The notes below the pieces were generated by a model. The model worked only from the letters and a program-made list of their open reading frames with translations. It had not been told where the DNA came from and ran no database searches. Of a stretch of 64,000 nt of DNA, positions 13,088-25,948 are shown piece by piece. The first letter of the stretch is position 1, and every line of letters begins with the position of its first letter. The stretch comes from Octopus sinensis (Eukaryota). The position numbers and the translations under genes were made by a program. The stretch spans positions 179,676,001-179,740,000 of the forward strand of contig NC_042997.1 in NCBI RefSeq assembly GCF_006345805.1, in the 5' to 3' direction.

Positions 13088-15049
13088 TTCTCTGCATTGT
13101 GAGGTCTAGTTGTGTTTCATCAGATGATATATAAATCTTTTTGTGTTTCATAAGCTTATATTTTCGGCTTCAACCGCATCGTTTCTGTTTGTCGTGCTTT
13201 GCGAGGTATTAGTTATTACCCAGTATATGAACATGTGTGTTGTGGTTGAAAGTCTGTTGTTAGATCTACTTTAAATGTGCAGATGGCGTGGGAAGGTGGC
13301 TAAGCTATGGATGGTCATTATTCAGGTTCATATTAAAGGGAGTGCCAGTCTTTCTTTGTACTGCTAACTCATTCTCCATGGTTGGTTACACTTGTAATTG
13401 CCATTGGCTGACTTTCAGGAAATCACTGGTGATTGAGTTGACCAACTTCCATGTACATATACATCGTTCTATATCGATATACATACATCCACACGCGTAT
13501 GCACGCATACATGCTCTCATATATGCATACAGGCATACATACTTGAATATACGCCCTTACGAGGGCGTATATAAACCGACAAGACGAGTTGAGTTTAACT
13601 CTAGGTGCCGGGTGAGAGTTACTGACGAGCATTAATCACTAGTTACCTGACTATGCGCGGAAGTTGTAGCAAGCTTGCCTGCCTTGTCAGTCATTAAGGT
13701 AAATGTTTTCAAGTGGCTATGAATTGCTTTAACTCTTATTTCTAGCAATACTGGTGATGACTAGTGCCCTAAGTCACTTTAGTGACGTATATGTGTGTGT
13801 GTGTTTTGGGAGGGACGCTTGTGTGTTTCATGAAAACATCAGCAACATACTGGCCAACTTTCCGTCCCACATATATACATTAGACTTCATCGAGAGAGAT
13901 AACAACGTGGTTATTTATATAAAATGAAATTACGTAACATGATGGAAATCTTAATTGTGGAGAGAAATGTGTAATGCAAGTACGGGAACAGTACAAATTC
14001 TTTTACAGAAATTGATAGGAGCAAACATCCTCAATAACGTAATAAAGCATTAGGTATTCAATTACTGTAGACATATTGATCCGGTTTTCTCAACTGACAA
14101 CAACTTTTAAATAATGTAAGATGAAAATGGTTACAAATCTCAAGTAGTACGAAGAGAAGTATTGAGAGACCATCAAGAATTTATGTAGATAAGTGGGGGT
14201 TGGAAGCAGTGATGGGTAAGTCAAATAAGACTAACGAAGTCATCTCATGTGAAATATGCATCCGGAGACTGTCGGGCCTGGGAAACATTCCCATTCTGCT
14301 GCATATTTTTCATTCAAAATTATAGCTATTGAGGCAAAAATGTAGCCTTCCTTTGAATCCGCTTTTTTACTTTGAGAGAAGTTTATAGAACCCATTATAT
14401 TGCTTAGCACACACACGCATACTCCCACTCACACATTCTCTCTCTCACACGCATACAAACACACGTACCCACTCACTCACGCGCTTACATATGTAACGAA
14501 TGCAGTAGTGATTAGTATTGGTAACAAGTTAGTGAAAACCCCGTATGACAGTAAGATATGCACCAAATGAATTGACAGAAAAAAAGAATAACTTCTTATA
14601 GTTTTATGTATCCATCACAGTTTGTCTTGTAGCAACCGGCTCTTTCTCGGTGGTAAAGGGATGATAATGACCACAAGGCACACGCAACTTTGAAAATAAT
14701 ATTTGCGCTAGATGAAGGGTCTATGAAATGATAGACGTGCAACATCTAAGGGCAAAAAACGAACTGTCTAAAGAAAACCTAGAGTTCGAATTTATTAATG
14801 TTCGAAAGCTGAAAGTCGATCGGGGAACAAACATTTTTTTTTCTGCAAAAAGTGAATAACATAATGCGATTCAACGTGAAAAATTACATCAAGATAACAA
14901 ATTTGGAAATTTTCACTTGATTTTGAAATTTCAAACACTGTATCCTTAACATAGCAACAGAAAAGATCCGAAATTTCCGAAATCGGTTGATTTGAAAACA
15001 GTCACTAACTATCGATTCCAACCATATATTTTCGCCTGATCCAAATTTG

Positions 15050-16250
15050 TAGAGGTACCACGGAAGCTATATAGTTACTGATTCATTCTACATTGTATCA
15101 CATGAAGAGAAGAACTGTACCGCTTATGAATCTTGTTCCCCGACTCTACCAATGACAGGCGAAAACACATTTGGTTTAGTGCTATTCTCACCGCTAGCGT
15201 ATCAATCGCTGTTATGACTTTCCAAAGCATCCCTTCTAATTGGCCTGCTCTCTTACTGTTTCTAAACTATTTCTTCAATACTGCTTCTTTCTCATGTAAA
15301 TAACTTGTTTGTTTACTGTATGCTTTAGTTGACAGGAACGAAACTTTCAGCTTGCAGCAGTCAAATCCCTCTCTATGTAACCTAAGTCCACGAAGCGAAT
15401 CTCGGATTCGTGTAGATAACCGTAAAGCTTGTGGGCACCCTACATTATCATTGTTTACTGAGTCACAGATATCGTATCTAGATATGCTTTGGATGGCTCG
15501 ATACATTTCTTTCGTGCTCAGACTGACACCCTCGAGTAATCCAGTAAATACTTTGCAGATGGTTGGAACTATCTGAGCTAACGTGCATTGTTTAACACCT
15601 TCCCCTATCATCTGCCTATACGAAATCTCAGCGTGCATCATAAATGACAATCCAATTTCTGAAAAACACTAAAGACCAAGCTTTTCATCAAAATTCGTCT
15701 AGACCATAAAAGCTAGTTATCCTGCCTCTTTTGTGTCTTAAACGCCCACAGGTCTCAAGATTAAATCACTCTTGTCACTCATGTCCAGTTCCAACGCCTT
15801 ACCTTCTGAATCCAGGAAGATAGTCCGTACTTCGAGAGCCAAGGCTTTCTAAAACCACACTGCCACTCTTCCTCCTTGATGATCAACAAAACTTTCTAAG
15901 GGGACATAATATAACTTTGTGAGTGCGAAATGGTTGTTGAAACTGGAGAGCAGGAGACAAAATGCTTTTTCCAAAGTAACATTATTTTACACGGTGTACT
16001 TTTCAATCCCATGTTGACTGCTACGCTTTTGATCATTGTAAAGTCAACAAACTAAGGTCCACCCATAAAACAACTGAGAATCCTATAGACAATGCTCTCC
16101 ACCCTAGTGTTTGTCATATATCTCAATTTAGAGGCTGATAAAATACGACTTCCTTATTTAGGATATCAATTTTTCTTATCCAGGAGAGTGAGGGTGTCTA
16201 TGAGCTGTATCAAAATTAATGGACAGACGAAAGGAAAGGACGAAATTGTC
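15050..16250 (-). mobile_element. Degraded L1/Tx1-like LINE remnant
   Basis: Decayed coding-like sequence on the - strand with a C-x2-C...ESV zinc-knuckle-like remnant near 15080-15110. Assignment by pattern only. Confidence 0.35.
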
Positions 16251-16336
16251 TGCAGAATAGAAATCTAACGCGAATTCCGAAAAGAGAACGAGACGGAAGG
16301 GATATGGCCATCTTAACCCGGACGACAGTTGACGTT

Positions 16337-16412
<76 letters not shown>

Positions 16413-17225
16413 GGAAACAACTCTCCACAGACTTTGAAACCGTTTCTATTTACTATACTATATTTGATTAATAAAAAATTGATTGAACCGACGCTTAATA
16501 AAAATTTGATTGATCCGAAGGCAGTTGGAATCGAAACCAACGATATGTCATCACGAAGTGACACCTTAACTATACATCCCTGTCAATTTTATATATTAAG
16601 CAGTCAGGAACTCGTTGATTTATTACGTAGCATTCTGTAAACAAAGTTTGTTATGAATACGTGAGATGCGTTAAACATCATATATGCAAGAGTATACGGA
16701 TTCTATAGAATGAATCGTGCATATTTAATTTTAGGAATCACTACAAAAGTTCTTCGTATTTCATTAAGACTATAGAATATTACTGAAACATGATCCTTAT
16801 GAGACAGAACAAGATCAGAGGTAAATATTCTAAACGGACATTCAACAGAATTAAATATAAAGTATCGGCTTCGCTAAATGCAATTTAGCTGAAATTTAAT
16901 ATTGAAAAGTTTGTAAAAATTGTGAGAAACTATATTCCCAAAAGTACTGGCACATGATTAAACTTGTTACCTTTCAATTTATTTACGTAAGTAATGAAAC
17001 ATTTCGAAATCTTTGAATACATCTATCTACTTCCAGCATTATTTGAACTTATACCTGTAAGTGTATTGTAACACTTGTGCTTCATTAATTCCAGCGCTTC
17101 TACTTCCTCTGAACCTAATTATCATATTGATTCATGTAAAATATTTAGACAGAGATAAAATTCTGTATACACGTACAAGGAATCACATTGATATACGTGA
17201 TACAAGCATGCATATGTTTGCCTGC

Positions 17226-17313
<88 letters not shown>

Positions 17314-17429
17314 TTGTATGTATATTTGAATGTTTGTATAAAAGTACATACAGTAACAAACACATATGCGATTCCCAATTTTCTCAGACTTTCTCTCTCC
17401 CACTCTCTCTTTATGTGTATATATATATA

Positions 17430-17597
17430 GGCGTAGGAGTGGCTGTGTGGTAAGTAGCTTGCTTACCAACCACATTGTTCCGGGTTCAGTCCCACAGCGT
17501 GGCACCTTGGGCAAGTGTCTACTATAGCTTCGGGCCGACCAAAGCCTTGTGAGTGGATTTGATAGACGGAAACTGAAAGAAGCCCATCGTATATATG

Positions 17598-17662
<65 letters not shown>

Positions 17663-17891
17663 GTGTGTGTATATGTTTGTGTGTCTGTGTTTGTCCCTCC
17701 AACATCGCTTGACAACCTATATGGTATGTTTAAGTCCCCGTAACTTAGCGGTTCGGCAAAAGAGACCGATAGAATAAGTACTAGGCTTACAAAGAATAAG
17801 TCCTGGAGTCGATTTGCTCGACTAAAGGCGGTGCTCCAGCATGGCCACAGTCAAATGACTGAAACAAATAAAAGTGTAAAAGAGTAAAGAG
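17430..17891 (+). mobile_element. SINE family B (tRNA head, CORE-like segment, internal microsatellite, 3' module), full length
   Basis: A box TGGCTGTGTGG, B box GGTTCAGTCCC, ACCTTGGGCAAGTG CORE-like motif, (TA)n/(TG)n centre, GTAAAAGA-type tail. Near-identical to 21630-22037. Confidence 0.92.
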
Positions 17892-17927
<36 letters not shown>

Positions 17928-17993
17928 ATATATATTATTATTGAATGGAAGAAATGGAGTTGAACGAAGATTGTACAGAATTCATTTTATTAC

Positions 17994-18075
17994 ATTCTAC
18001 ACATGTTTCAAAGGCCACAAATTTCCAAATTCTGATTAAATAAGGGTACCATATTGTGGCTTTCTCATCAGGAAA
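17994..18075 (-). ncRNA. Type I hammerhead ribozyme motif (left arm, mirror copy)
   Basis: Reverse complement of 18281-18362 with all core nucleotides intact. Confidence 0.75.
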
Positions 18076-18280
18076 AAACAGGAATTCCGTTGACAGAACA
18101 AAACAGAACAGAGGCGCAGCAATTCGAACGAGGAGGCTCTTTAAGAGCCCATGGCTGAACTGTGTATCCCCGATTTCAGCGTACATTGATAAACAGTTCA
18201 GCCATGGGCTCTTAAAGAGCCTCCTCGTTCGAATTGCTGCGCCTCTGTTCTGTTTTGTTCTGTCAACGGAATTCCTGTTT

Positions 18281-18362
18281 TTTCCTGATGAGAAAGCCAC
18301 AATATGGTAGTCTTATTTAATCAGAATTTGGAAATTTGTGGCCTTTGAAACATGTGTAGAAT
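18281..18362 (+). ncRNA. Type I hammerhead ribozyme motif (right arm)
   Basis: TTC-CTGATGA-GAAAGCCACAA...TTGTGGCCTTT-GAAAC-ATGT-GTA-GAA: helix II 10/11 pairs, 2-bp helix III, GUA cleavage triplet, 3-bp helix I. Confidence 0.75.
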
Positions 18363-18569
18363 GTAATAAAAGGAATTCTGTACAATCTTCGTTCAACTCC
18401 ATTTCTTCCATTCAATAATAATATTAAACTTCAATTATCCGCACCAACGCACGGTTGCAACACCAAATGGTCTTATCTCCAACCGTGTATTTTCTGCTGT
18501 GATTTTTGCTACCCAGGTATCGGTTAAACTTTTGAATAATCTGTAACAAGAAAATTCATCTTTCTATTT

Positions 18570-18614
<45 letters not shown>

Positions 18615-18875
18615 ATGTGCATGTGTGTGTGTGATTGTTTGCGCGCGCGTGCATCTGTGTAATATATGTTCTAATTTAAAGTATATTTGCATGCATTGCC
18701 GAGGTCATGCCCATTTACTTGAAAATATGATCTAGTTTCTGTTTGAGATTGGATAAATTTCATTTTATTCAACACCCCCTCATATCTTGTGGAAATATAA
18801 GACGCCATGATCATGATTTATTTAGCTTCTTTATGAATCCTTACCTTTCAGACAAAGTAAACAGGTAAACACCGA

Positions 18876-19191
18876 GGATCTTTTCGGTTTGAACGGCAGT
18901 TTTTTCTAGCGGTATCATGAAATTGACACCCATAATTATGACCCTAGTATCGATCTATTGCATTTCAATCTGTTTTAGCGTTAGTTAGGATTAGTTAGGG
19001 TTAGGGGTGGGGGGATGGGTATCTTTTTTCTTCAGAAATGTACATAAACCCAATCTGTTTCTTAAATGAGGGACATATTCATACGGCACATAATGTTTTC
19101 ACCTCAATAGACGTCATTGATTGGTTGAAATTGCAGAAATTGTAAAAAAAAAAAGAAAAAACCAAATATCTTACAAACTATAGAATTTTCT
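18876..19191 (-). mobile_element. MITE, truncated copy of the 30100-30517 family
   Basis: Starts with TIR GGATCTTTTCGGTTTGAACGGCAG; internal sequence is the reverse complement of 30220-30517, including TTAGGG-like repeats. Confidence 0.88.
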
Positions 19192-20124
19192 AACACCAAA
19201 AAAAAGATCTAACACCAAAATATTTTTGCAGTGTGTTGCCAAGGGATTCGATAGTAAGGCTCAAGATCATAATTAAGTAAATCCAATTTTTGGACCGGGC
19301 AGCGCGTTTCATTTTTGAACAACGCACTATATTTCTCATTGTGCCGGTTAACTCACTTAAAAAAATGTAGTAACCCTGTGCTGGTGGTGGCCCGTTAAGG
19401 AAGGAAGTGTCATGTGTAATTCTATGATTGCTCACGATTACATAAAGCACCTAAAGTAATTAAAGAAAACAGTGAACCTCTTACAAGTTACACTCACTTG
19501 CGAGGTACATCTTTGTTCTACTGTCACAAATACACTTGCGTGCATAACAGCTAAGAGTAAGTTATTTTCATAACAATATTATTTTATATTCCTTTCAGTA
19601 CCGTACTTTCCTGTATATAAGTAGACATAGTATATCTTGTAAACCTGTAGTATAAGCATTCAAACATTGTTAGTAGCTGTCGAAATCTTAGTACATTTCA
19701 CGTGAAAGTGTTGGTTCTTCATAGGCGTCTTAGTGCACAAGTCCGCCTACCATTTTGAGCTGTAGATCTTAGTCTGAAAGATTCGAATTGTATATCGCAA
19801 AGATATGGTAAATACAAGGCCATAATCTTTCAGAAAGTTTGTATAGACCAAAGGTACCTAAACTATATAAACAAATTATATAAAACTAATTACAAAAGAT
19901 GTTGACCAACCTTACGATTAAATTTGAAACCGCTCGATATGTAACTTTAGATTGAGTGATTCATACTACAATTCTGTTGAATACATGGCATTTTGTTTTC
20001 TTTTTAACAGCGTTTATGGATCAAGCCAGGGAACAAGAGAGAAAGAGATTGTGAGAAAGAGAAATAAGTGTAAAAGTGCATGTGTATGCTTGGTTCTGGA
20101 ATACGAGTTTTGTAAGAGACAGAA

Positions 20125-20202
20125 TGTACGTATGTGTGTATGTATGTATGATTGTATGTATGTATGTATGTATATATGTATGTATGTATGTGTGTATGTA
20201 TG

Positions 20203-20236
<34 letters not shown>

Positions 20237-20268
20237 TGTATGTATGTGTGTGTATGTATGTATGTATG
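20125..20268. repeat. (TATG)n microsatellite
   Basis: Directly visible. Confidence 0.95.
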
Positions 20269-21189
20269 AGTTTCTGTGGTGGAGAACGTGATGGTTGAGT
20301 TGTGTGAGCAACAGTGAATGTGTGTGCGAGTGCGTAATGTCTGTGTGTGTTTGTGCGTGTGCGAGAGTGAGAGAGAAAGAGAAAGGAAAAGAGAGATAGT
20401 GAGTGAAAGAGTTTGAGCACGAATACATGCGTGAGAATCTGTGTGCTTGTGTGTGTATATGGTGCATCTGTGAGCCGTGTATATGAAGCACGTACTATGT
20501 GCTCATATAAATTGTAAAATCTAATTGCACATACGTTAATTTACATAGTTGCCTTTATCATGTATATTAGCAGAAATGATTCCCCAGCAAGTGGTCTTAG
20601 CGATAGACGTCTGCACATTCATCATACCATAACGCCTCTCTCTCCAGTCTGTCTAATACACTGTCATTAAAATCAACCGTGATAGTAATCTTGTCATTTC
20701 TTTACATTGAACTTACAGTACTATTGAAATCTCCATAAATCTGCTCTTTTATCTGTTCATTAGCAGTTATAGTCCGTTAGTAGGCTTTGGTGATGGCTGT
20801 TGGACACACTGATGGAGCATTGTGGAAATGAGAAGGAAAGAAGAGAAAGAGAGAGAGAGAGGATCATTATAGGGGTGTAAATAATGATGATGTGTGTATG
20901 TGGGGGGGAGACGGGAGAGAGAATGCGAAGAAATTGATAAGGATAAGTTTACTACCTTAAGTAAGAAAAGAAGAATAGTGCGTATTTGCGTATGTGTATA
21001 TGGGTTTAAGAGAGATAGAGAGAGAGGGAGGTAGAGAAAGAGAGAGGTAGAGAAAAAGAGAGAGGGAGAGAAAGAGAGGGAGGGAGAGAAAGAGAGAGAG
21101 AGGGAAAGAGTGTGACTAGTAAAGTTATCTATAAGCATATATGCATGTGTAGGTGTGTATATATATATATAGAGAGAGAGGTAATATGG

Positions 21190-21211
21190 GAAAGAAAGAA
21201 AGAAGGAAGGA

Positions 21212-21270
<59 letters not shown>
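21190..21270. repeat. (GAAA)n microsatellite in a purine-rich tract (~20820-21620)
   Basis: Directly visible. Confidence 0.95.
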
Positions 21271-21629
21271 GAAGATGTGAAGGTCGAGAAAGAGGAACAA
21301 ACTAGCAAAGATACTGTCAATGAAATAGAGAATAAAAATAATGGAAGACAATAATGTTAGTGGAATATCAGCGAGGGATAAAGAAATTAAGATGAAATTA
21401 AATAGGGAGTAACAAATGAACGTGAAGAAAATAAAGAAAAAGAGATACAAAGATTGGATGAAATAAAATAATGTATGCGTGTAAGGGAGTGGAAGAGAAA
21501 CAGTTAAAGAGAGGGTAATAGAGAGTAGAGAGGCAATGCTGAAAGAGAAGGAACCAACTGATTAAAGCAATATTTTAGGTAAGTTGTGAGAGGATGAAAG
21601 AGTGAGAAAAGTGAACATAGGTCAATATA

Positions 21630-22037
21630 GGCGCAGGAGTGGCTGTGTGGTGAGTAGCTTGCTAACCAACCACATGGTTCCGGGTTCAGTCCCACGCCAT
21701 GGCACTTTGGGCAAGTGTCTTCTGCTATAGCCCGAGCCGACCAAAGCCTTGTGAGTGGATTTGGTAGACGGAAACTGAAAGAAGCCTGTCGTATATATGT
21801 ATATATATATAAGTGTGTGTGTATATGTTTGTGTGTCTGTGTTTGTCCCCCTAGCATTGCTTGACAACCGATGCTGGTGTGTTTACGTCCCCGTCACTTA
21901 GCGGTTCGGCAAAAAAGACCGATAGAATAAGTACTGGGCTTACAAAGAATAAGTCCCGGGGTCGATTTGCTCGACTAAAGGCGGTGCTCCAGCATGGCCG
22001 CAGTCAAATGACTGAAACAAGTAAAAGAGTAAAAGAG
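21630..22037 (+). mobile_element. SINE family B, full length
   Basis: Same architecture as 17430-17891. Confidence 0.92.
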
Positions 22038-23327
22038 TTTAGAGATATAGGGAAGTATAAATAAAAAAAAGCCATGGGGTAATATTAAGGGTTGCTGTCA
22101 TATCAAAAATTTTCATATTAAAATTTAACTATTAATGGACGAGAACTTTTGCTTTTAAATGTAATTAGGTATTTTGTTGCCATTTTGTTTATTTATTGTT
22201 GCCATTTTGTTTATTGGTTTATTTTTTCTCCGAATGTCCTTTACACCGAAGCAGAATGTATAACTAACATTTTATTGCATGGCCAACTAGTCGATTTCGA
22301 TATTATTCGATTGTTGCAACTAAGAAGAAATTCGTTTTGTATGGTGAAAAAAAAAAACGGGCGAGTAAGTTTATAATGGATACTGTGTTCAATGTGGTTA
22401 AAAAAAAAGTGGGGGAGTAAATTTGTAATGGATACGTTGCTGAATGTGGTCATAGTTAATACTGAAATCTTTATTCACTCACCAGTTTGCTCAAAGAGGG
22501 CTGATTTGGAATTACAAAAATAACGAAATATCACAATTTTTACTTTCATTCTTCATATTTATTTCCGGGTTCAAATCCAAGAGAATGAGCATTATAACTC
22601 ATGCTGCACTATTTAACTCAAATTGGATAAAATCTATTCCAGACGTAAATATACTGAGGTTAACTAACAATCCATAAGTTAATTGGTCTTCTGTCCTACA
22701 AAATATAATAAATAAGTATATACTCAAATAACAAAACAAAATAAGAAAAAGAAAGAGAAGTCGTTATTTCACCGGACAAGAGAATGAAACATAATGTTAT
22801 AAGTCAATGATGAAATTTCGAATTCCAGTTCTTTTGAAATTTTTCTCAATATATTCCGAAGTTCTTGAGAATGTTGACCTTTTATGACAAAGAAATATCT
22901 TTACATGTATGAATAGTCACTGTAATCTACACTGCTCTGGTTCTATTACATTGTCGGCATAGCTACCAGATATTCTGTTAAAAGCTCACTACATACGTTG
23001 ATGTAAGCAATTGACTTTATCTATTGTACCGGTCAGAGGCAGATTGTTAACAGTAGAAATGTCAATGGCCCTGAATAATAGGGTACTGTGTAGGCTATTG
23101 CATAATTACTGGTAGTAGCAAATGTTAATTTCAATCCGATCCTCCATTCAATTGCAATTAATTCAAAGTAAAATTGCAATTCTTTTATACCAGAGAATGA
23201 TGGAGACTTTGCAGGCGAGCCGCATGATTATTATTGTCACACACACACACACACACACAGAAACACATACACTTACACACACACACATATATAGATATAC
23301 ATACCTATATATATATATATATATATA

Positions 23328-23375
<48 letters not shown>

Positions 23376-23639
23376 TATATATATATAATATATATAAATA
23401 CAATAAGAGGCTTCCAAATAGGAAAAGCCTTGTGCTAGAAAGAGCAGTAGAAAACTCAAAACCAACCAAATAAGGATAAATTCTCGAAAGGAATGAAAAT
23501 TAAAAACGTTTACCATCTCAATTATTTCCCAGACCATGGAAGCCTCTTATTGTATCACTATGTGAATAATATATAGTCTAATGACTAATTCGTTTTCGTG
23601 CTAGGCCGCTGGTTATAATAATTTCTTATTACCGTATTG

Positions 23640-23748
<109 letters not shown>

Positions 23749-24086
23749 TACATATATATATACATGTATATACATACACATACACACATGCTCTCTTTCT
23801 CACTTTCTCCTCATCCATCATCCTCTTGTACTGTCTTATATTCCTCCCCACCACTACAAACTCAATACCACTATAAAATGGTCAAAACTTTTCACACAGG
23901 AACTTAGTTTGATTTGAAAACCCCACTAGAATGGGAGAAAGCGCTAATACATGATCTAAGTTATATGATGTATAACAACATGTAATATACAAATAAATAT
24001 CTGTAAATATAAACCATCCGATTTTCTGAGTACCTCATTTCTTCTAATATAAAATACCTGTACATCATCTCCAAACCTTCCAATAC

Positions 24087-24135
<49 letters not shown>

Positions 24136-24251
24136 TATAATATATATACAGATATATTTATATATATATATATATATACACTATATGTATATATTATATA
24201 TATATATTATATATTATATATATTATATATATATAATGCATATGTGTATAT

Positions 24252-24591
24252 AAAGGGTAAAGGGGTAAAGACCCCCTTCGGTCATGAATGACCATGGGAT
24301 TGCACCTAGAAGTTACCCTCCTAGACACAAGTCCGGGCAAGGTTGTTTATGGAAGGCCAGCAGTCGCCCATGCATACCAGCCTCCCCTCTCCACGCCACC
24401 AGTGTTATCCAAGGGAAAGACAAAGGCCGATACAGCTTGGCACCTATGACGTCGCAACTCATTTCTACAGCTGAGTGAACTGGAGCAACGTGAAATAAAG
24501 TGCCTTGCTCGAGAACACAACACGCAGCCTGGCCGGGATTCGAGCTCACAATCTCACGATCGTATGCTCGACGCTCTAACCACTGAGCCAT
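24252..24591 (-). mobile_element. SINE family C (tRNA head, V-domain-like body, (TTTACCC)n tail)
   Basis: On the - strand: TGGCTCAGTGGTTAGAGCG (A box), GCTCGAATCCC (B box), GTGTTCTCGAGCAAGGCACTTT...TTGCTCCAGTTCACTCAGCTG, tail TTTACCCCTTTACCCTTT. Confidence 0.85.
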
Positions 24592-25239
24592 ATACATACA
24601 TGTATATTACGAATGTATATATGTATGTATTTATATATGTATGTATGCCAGAAAAGTTAAATACCCTATGCATACGTCCCCTTTCCATCGTACGTATTGC
24701 AATTAAAGTGTTGACATAATACAATTGATTATGCAAAACGGGAGTGAAGCAGTAATTTGGAGATAAACTATATATCACCCAAAACTTCTAACTATGAAGT
24801 CTGTGACGTACTTTAAACTTATCTTTATTACGAAAATCATCTTATTTTCTGGATGCTAACTTATTTTCATTTACAGCACATCTTATGGTGAAGTACACGT
24901 TGAATTTTTAGGTTTATCAGAAGATTGTCAAAGATTGCATATATTCATGCCACATTTGGAAAGGTCAAATAGCAGCGTGTATATAAGAGAAAATTGGAGT
25001 ATTTGGAACCTTTATTTAAAGTTCAGAATAGCATATTTTTTATATTCGATGTTTTGTTAAAAATTGCAAATGCACCTACTAAAGGACTTAAAATACGTAA
25101 AAAATATGTTATCTTTATAATAACCTGCGCGCCTCTGTGTGTGTGTGTGTGTGTGTATTCATTTATGCTTGTAGATTTATATGAAGCTACATTTATGAAT
25201 ATGCATGTTTTCTATATATCTATGCATACATTTGCATTT

Positions 25240-25299
<60 letters not shown>

Positions 25300-25539
25300 G
25301 TGTGTATGTGAGTGTGTGTGTAGGTGCGGTGATATTTCACACAGTACCAGTCTGCTTAATTTCACTCATGCAGCATATGACTCTTTCAAGTATGTCGTAA
25401 GGCATTTATTCAATGCACATGCACGTTGGGATCAAATCTATATCAACATAGTTGCAAAGATACTCTTTCACATAGAATAGCACCGATAAAAAATTTATTG
25501 ATATCCAAGTCTGCTTGTGTCAGATATAAAGTTTTCCTG

Positions 25540-25737
25540 CTCTTTTAATCTTTTACTTGTATCAGTCATTTGACTGTGGCCATGCAAATCGACCCCTGGA
25601 CTTATTCCTTATTCCTTGTAAGCCTAGTACTTATTCTATCGGTCTCTTTTGCCGAACCACTAAGTTACAGAGACGTAAACACACCAGCATCAGTTATCAA
25701 GTGATGTTGGGGGACAAACACAGACGCACAAACATAT

Positions 25738-25794
<57 letters not shown>

Positions 25795-25948
25795 TACGAC
25801 GAGCTTCTTTCAGTTTCCGTCCACCAAATCCACTCACAAGGCTTTGGTCGACCCGAGGCTATAATAGAAGACACTAGCCCAAAGTGCCACGTAGTGGGAC
25901 TGTACCCGGAACCATGTGGTTGATAAACAAGCTACTAACCACACAGCC
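25540..25948 (-). mobile_element. SINE family B
   Basis: Reverse complement of the 21630-22037 architecture. Confidence 0.9.

Larger units (their letters stand above)
17932..18424. repeat. Near-perfect inverted repeat with 237-bp arms and 19-nt spacer (inverted Penelope-like pLTR pair)
   Basis: Arms 17932-18168 and 18188-18424, about 4 mismatches counted by eye. The same peptide appears in the ORF track on both strands. Confidence 0.95.

Noticed and set aside
13150-13430. Possible Penelope GIY-YIG endonuclease remnant on the - strand
   Set aside because: Only vague similarity; no intact motif can be shown.
17938-18310. Twin ORFs MAFSSGKNRNSV on both strands
   Set aside because: A consequence of the palindrome; GTG starts and no domain similarity.
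24510-24591. tRNA gene (also 49689 and 54228)
   Set aside because: tRNA-like SINE heads lacking a proper acceptor stem; the 24.5-kb and 49.7-kb heads continue into SINE body sequence.
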